Source: Candidatus Dormiibacterota bacterium (GTDB taxonomy: Bacteria > Chloroflexota > Dormibacteria > Aeolococcales > Aeolococcaceae). From it: a stretch of 64,000 bases of DNA. Shown here one piece after another: positions 61,160 through 64,000 of the stretch. The translations under genes were made by a program, and so were the position numbers. Location of the stretch: the NCBI GenBank assembly GCA_963718525.1, contig OY970355.1, forward strand, positions 3,136,001 to 3,200,000. Reading direction: 5' to 3'. The stretch's first letter is position 1. The number at the start of each line of letters is the position of its first letter. The notes below the pieces were generated by a model. The model was not told the origin of the DNA. It ran no database searches and worked only from the letters and a program-made list of their open reading frames with translations.

Positions 61160-62605
61160 ATGACGACGGAGGCCGGTACCGCGAGGGGGCTCGCCTTCGG
61201 AATGCCGCGAGCCGCCGACGAATGCGTCGACCTCGACGGCGTGGTTCGCCCGCCATACGCCGAGTTGCTGGCAACCCTCGAGCGTGCGGCGGGCACGCTC
61301 CCACAGGTCCGGCGCGATGCGCAGCAATGGTTTGCCGACCGTGGCGTCACCTTCGGCGTCCCCACCGAGGGTGTCGCCCCCATCTTCCCGTTTGATCCGG
61401 TCCCGCGCGTCCTCTCGTCAGCCGAATGGAGGTCGCTCAGCCGTGCGCTCTCGCAGCGCGCGATGGCGCTCGATCTCTTCGTCTCCGACTGTTACGGCTC
61501 GCAGCGAGCGATCCGCCACGGCGTCGTGCCAGGACGCCTCGTGTACAGCAGCACCGGGTATCTCCGCGACATCGTCGGCATCCGACCGCCTCGCGCGACC
61601 TGGTGTCACGTCTCCGGCATCGACGTGGTCCGGGTGCAGGGAACGTTCCACGTGCTCGAGGACAACGTGCGCATCCCGAGCGGCATCGCCTATGCGCTCG
61701 AGTCACGGCGCGCCATGGAGTCACTTGCTCCCGACTGGTTTGAACTGGCCCCGGTCCGGCCGATCCATGGCTACACCGGCAGGCTCCGTCGGATCCTGCA
61801 GCGGATCGCACCGAGACAATGGGATGCCGACATCGTCGTGCTCACACCCGGGCCGTTCAATGCCGCGTACTACGAGCACCGCCTGCTCGCCGATGAGATG
61901 CATGCAACTCTGGTCGAGGGACACGAGCTCATCGTCGTCGAGGACGAGGTGTACCGCCGCGATGCTGACGGCAACTCGCAGCGGGTTGACGTCATCTATT
62001 CGCGCGTCAACAGCGAGTGGCTCGATCCCCTGGTCTTCCGCCGCGATTCGATGCTTGGAGCGCCGGGGCTCATCGAGGCGTGGCGCCGCGGCAACGTCGC
62101 GATCGCCAACGCGCCGGGAACCGGCGTTGCCGACGACAAGGTGATCTACCCGTACGTGCCGGCGATGATTCGCTATTACCTCGGCGAGGAACCCCTCATG
62201 GACAACGTTCCGACGTTTGACCTCACCGATGACCAGCAGCGGGCATACGTTGTCGCCAACATCGACAAGATGGTGATGAAGCCGGTGGATGCCAGCGGTG
62301 GGTACGGGATCCATTTCGGACGGCTCATGGGGTCTGAAGAACGCACCGAGCTCCTTGACCGTGTCAAGGCCACTCCGCGGCAATGGCTCGCCCAGGAGGA
62401 GGTCGCGCTCAGCCGTGCCGTCTGCCTGCGCGCGGGCGGGGGCTTCGAGCCCCGCGTGGTCGACCTTCGTCCGTTCGTGCTGCTCGACGAGCGACCCTGG
62501 ATCGTGCCCGGCGGTCTGACCCGTGTCGCCGGTGACCCCGATGAACTCGTGGTGAACTCGTCACAGGGAGGCGGGAGCAAGGACACATGGGTGCTGACAC
62601 GCTGA
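61160..62605 (+). CDS. Circularly permuted ATP-grasp type 2 protein
   Basis: FPFDPVPR, VLEDNVRIPSG, LTPGPFNAAYYEH, NAPGTGVADDK, KPVDASGGYG, PGGLTRVA, VNSSQGGGSKDTWV. Confidence 0.94.
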   Translation: MTTEAGTARGLAFGMPRAADECVDLDGVVRPPYAELLATLERAAGTLPQVRRDAQQWFADRGVTFGVPTEGVAPIFPFDPVPRVLSSAEWRSLSRALSQRAMALDLFVSDCYGSQRAIRHGVVPGRLVYSSTGYLRDIVGIRPPRATWCHVSGIDVVRVQGTFHVLEDNVRIPSGIAYALESRRAMESLAPDWFELAPVRPIHGYTGRLRRILQRIAPRQWDADIVVLTPGPFNAAYYEHRLLADEMHATLVEGHELIVVEDEVYRRDADGNSQRVDVIYSRVNSEWLDPLVFRRDSMLGAPGLIEAWRRGNVAIANAPGTGVADDKVIYPYVPAMIRYYLGEEPLMDNVPTFDLTDDQQRAYVVANIDKMVMKPVDASGGYGIHFGRLMGSEERTELLDRVKATPRQWLAQEEVALSRAVCLRAGGGFEPRVVDLRPFVLLDERPWIVPGGLTRVAGDPDELVVNSSQGGGSKDTWVLTR

Positions 62606-63498
62606 CCTACTCGGTGTCGCACCGCACCGTCCTGCGCTACACCTCGACGGTGACCATCTCGTACAACGAGGTGCGCATGCGACCGCGCGACCGCGGCTCG
62701 CAGCGGACGCTCGCATTCTCATTGCTGAGCAAGCCATGGGCGGTACCGCGGAGCCGGCTCGATTACTACGGCAATTTCGTCCATCGACTGGACGTGACGT
62801 TCCCGCACGACGTGCTCGAATTCACGGTCGAGACCGTGGTCGAGAACAGCGAGCCGCGGCGGCGGCGGCTGTCCGAATGGGAACAGGACGCGCTCGCAAG
62901 CGATCCGCGTCTCGAGTTCGTGCTTCCGAGCCCGCGAGTGCCCCTCGCCGAGAACACACGGGCGCTCTGGCGTGAGTGGAATGGCGCGGACACCAGCTTC
63001 GACAGCGTCCTGGCAACGGCGCAGCGGATTCCGCGCGAGTTGCGCTATGTGAGCGGCGCGACGACCGTCGAGTTGAGCATCGACGATCTTCTCGCCGGAG
63101 GTGCGGGAGTGTGTCAGGACTTCACCCACCTGTTCCTGGCCATGGTCCGTGGGGCCGGGTGGCCGGCGCGATACGTGAGTGGGTACCTGGGACCGGTCGA
63201 TGAGGAGCAGGTCGTCGAGGGCGAGTCGCACGCGTGGGTTGAGGTGTGCGGGTCCGATGGGCGCTGGCTGGGGCTCGACCCGACGCTCGGACAGCACGTC
63301 GGCGCGCATCACCTCCGCCTTGCGGTTGGTCGCGACTACGGCGACGTGGCGCCACACCACGGCCTCTTCTTCGGAGCGGCGAGCGGAGCACCGCCGGAGG
63401 TCACGGTGCGGATTGCTCGGATGTCGAACCAGCAGGTCGAGCACGTGGAACACCACGCCGCGGTGCACTGGCAGCAGCAGCAGCAGCAACAGCAGTAG
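62587..63498 (+). CDS. Transglutaminase-like protein 3 with a poly-Gln C-terminus
   Basis: DYYGN, GVCQDFTH, ARYVSGY, SHAWVEV, LDPT, GRDYGDV; ends WQQQQQQQ. Confidence 0.92.
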   Translation: MGADTLTYSVSHRTVLRYTSTVTISYNEVRMRPRDRGSQRTLAFSLLSKPWAVPRSRLDYYGNFVHRLDVTFPHDVLEFTVETVVENSEPRRRRLSEWEQDALASDPRLEFVLPSPRVPLAENTRALWREWNGADTSFDSVLATAQRIPRELRYVSGATTVELSIDDLLAGGAGVCQDFTHLFLAMVRGAGWPARYVSGYLGPVDEEQVVEGESHAWVEVCGSDGRWLGLDPTLGQHVGAHHLRLAVGRDYGDVAPHHGLFFGAASGAPPEVTVRIARMSNQQVEHVEHHAAVHWQQQQQQQQ

Positions 63499-63504
63499 TC
63501 AGGG

Positions 63505-64000
63505 TCAGGTCCAGGGTCGCGCAGACCTCTCCGCCCAGTACTTCACGGCAGGCTCACCGAGATCCGGGAAGCTGGGAGCGGCGATGGTCATGGCACTCAG
63601 GTTGCTGGTCAGCTGCTCGACGCTCGCGGCGCCGCTGAGCACGACCGAAACCCAGGGTTGCGCGAGCACCGCTGCGATTGCAAGCGCGTCGGGCGTCACG
63701 CCCAGCGCAGCCGCGGCGCTGCCGAGAGCAGATTCCGTGCCTCCGTCGCCTCCGTCCACGGTCAGCCTGCCGTTGGCCAGCGCTTCCTTGACAATCACCG
63801 CCCAGCCGGCCGCCGACGCCTCCCCCAGCGCGGGACCGGCCGAGGGTTCGAGCAGGTTCCACGTTGCCTGCACCGACGAGAACAGCAGGGCGCCATCGAC
63901 CCGGACCTCGAGCGCACGCCGGATGGTCTCCGCCTGCTTCGGACCTGTGGTGGTGATGCCGACGAGCAGGCCGTCCTGGCGGATGCGCGCGAGCGCCGTG
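63505..64000 (-). CDS. Aldo/keto reductase, 3' part (runs off the right edge)
   Basis: VQATWNLLEPSAG, VIVKEALANGRL, VVLSGAASVEQL.SNL. Confidence 0.85.
   Translation of the reverse strand, partial: TALARIRQDGLLVGITTTGPKQAETIRRALEVRVDGALLFSSVQATWNLLEPSAGPALGEASAAGWAVIVKEALANGRLTVDGGDGGTESALGSAAAALGVTPDALAIAAVLAQPWVSVVLSGAASVEQLTSNLSAMTIAAPSFPDLGEPAVKYWAERSARPWT

Overview
GC-rich bacterial chromosomal window; by gene content it resembles a soil trace-gas oxidiser such as Ca. Dormibacterota or a deep-branching Actinomycetota, which is an inference only. Left to right: treY/treX(glgX) glycogen-trehalose genes; assorted regulators and transporters; a compact Calvin-cycle locus (cbbR <- prk-cbbL-cbbS-cbbX, red-type/form IE-like RuBisCO). 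This converges on a ~15 kb group 1h high-affinity [NiFe]-hydrogenase operon (hhyS, hhyL, hhyE, hhaABC, protease, hypA, small proteins, yceI, hypF, SIS-HypC'-SIS, hypC, hypD, hypE). Upstream on the same strand lie padR, a LAL-type LuxR ATPase, methylaspartate ammonia-lyase and a cysteine hydrolase. Next is a ~16 kb glycerol/dihydroxyacetone island (two IclR/GylR, dhaKLM with ptsH and ptsI, plsY, pgsA, two glpK, glpF, glpABC), then a TetR/MFS pair and a circularly permuted ATP-grasp ligase surrounded by three transglutaminase-like genes. The most unusual signals are inside the hydrogenase operon: (i) a signal-less YceI isoprenoid-binding protein flanked by two tiny membrane proteins, a possible quinone shuttle; (ii) two GmhA-like SIS proteins with complementary active-site losses flanking a non-canonical HypC; (iii) a HypA with its zinc-finger domain cleanly missing and no hypB in the window. 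Four genes carry single-base frameshifts, probably assembly errors. No rRNA, tRNA, CRISPR array or mobile element was recognised.
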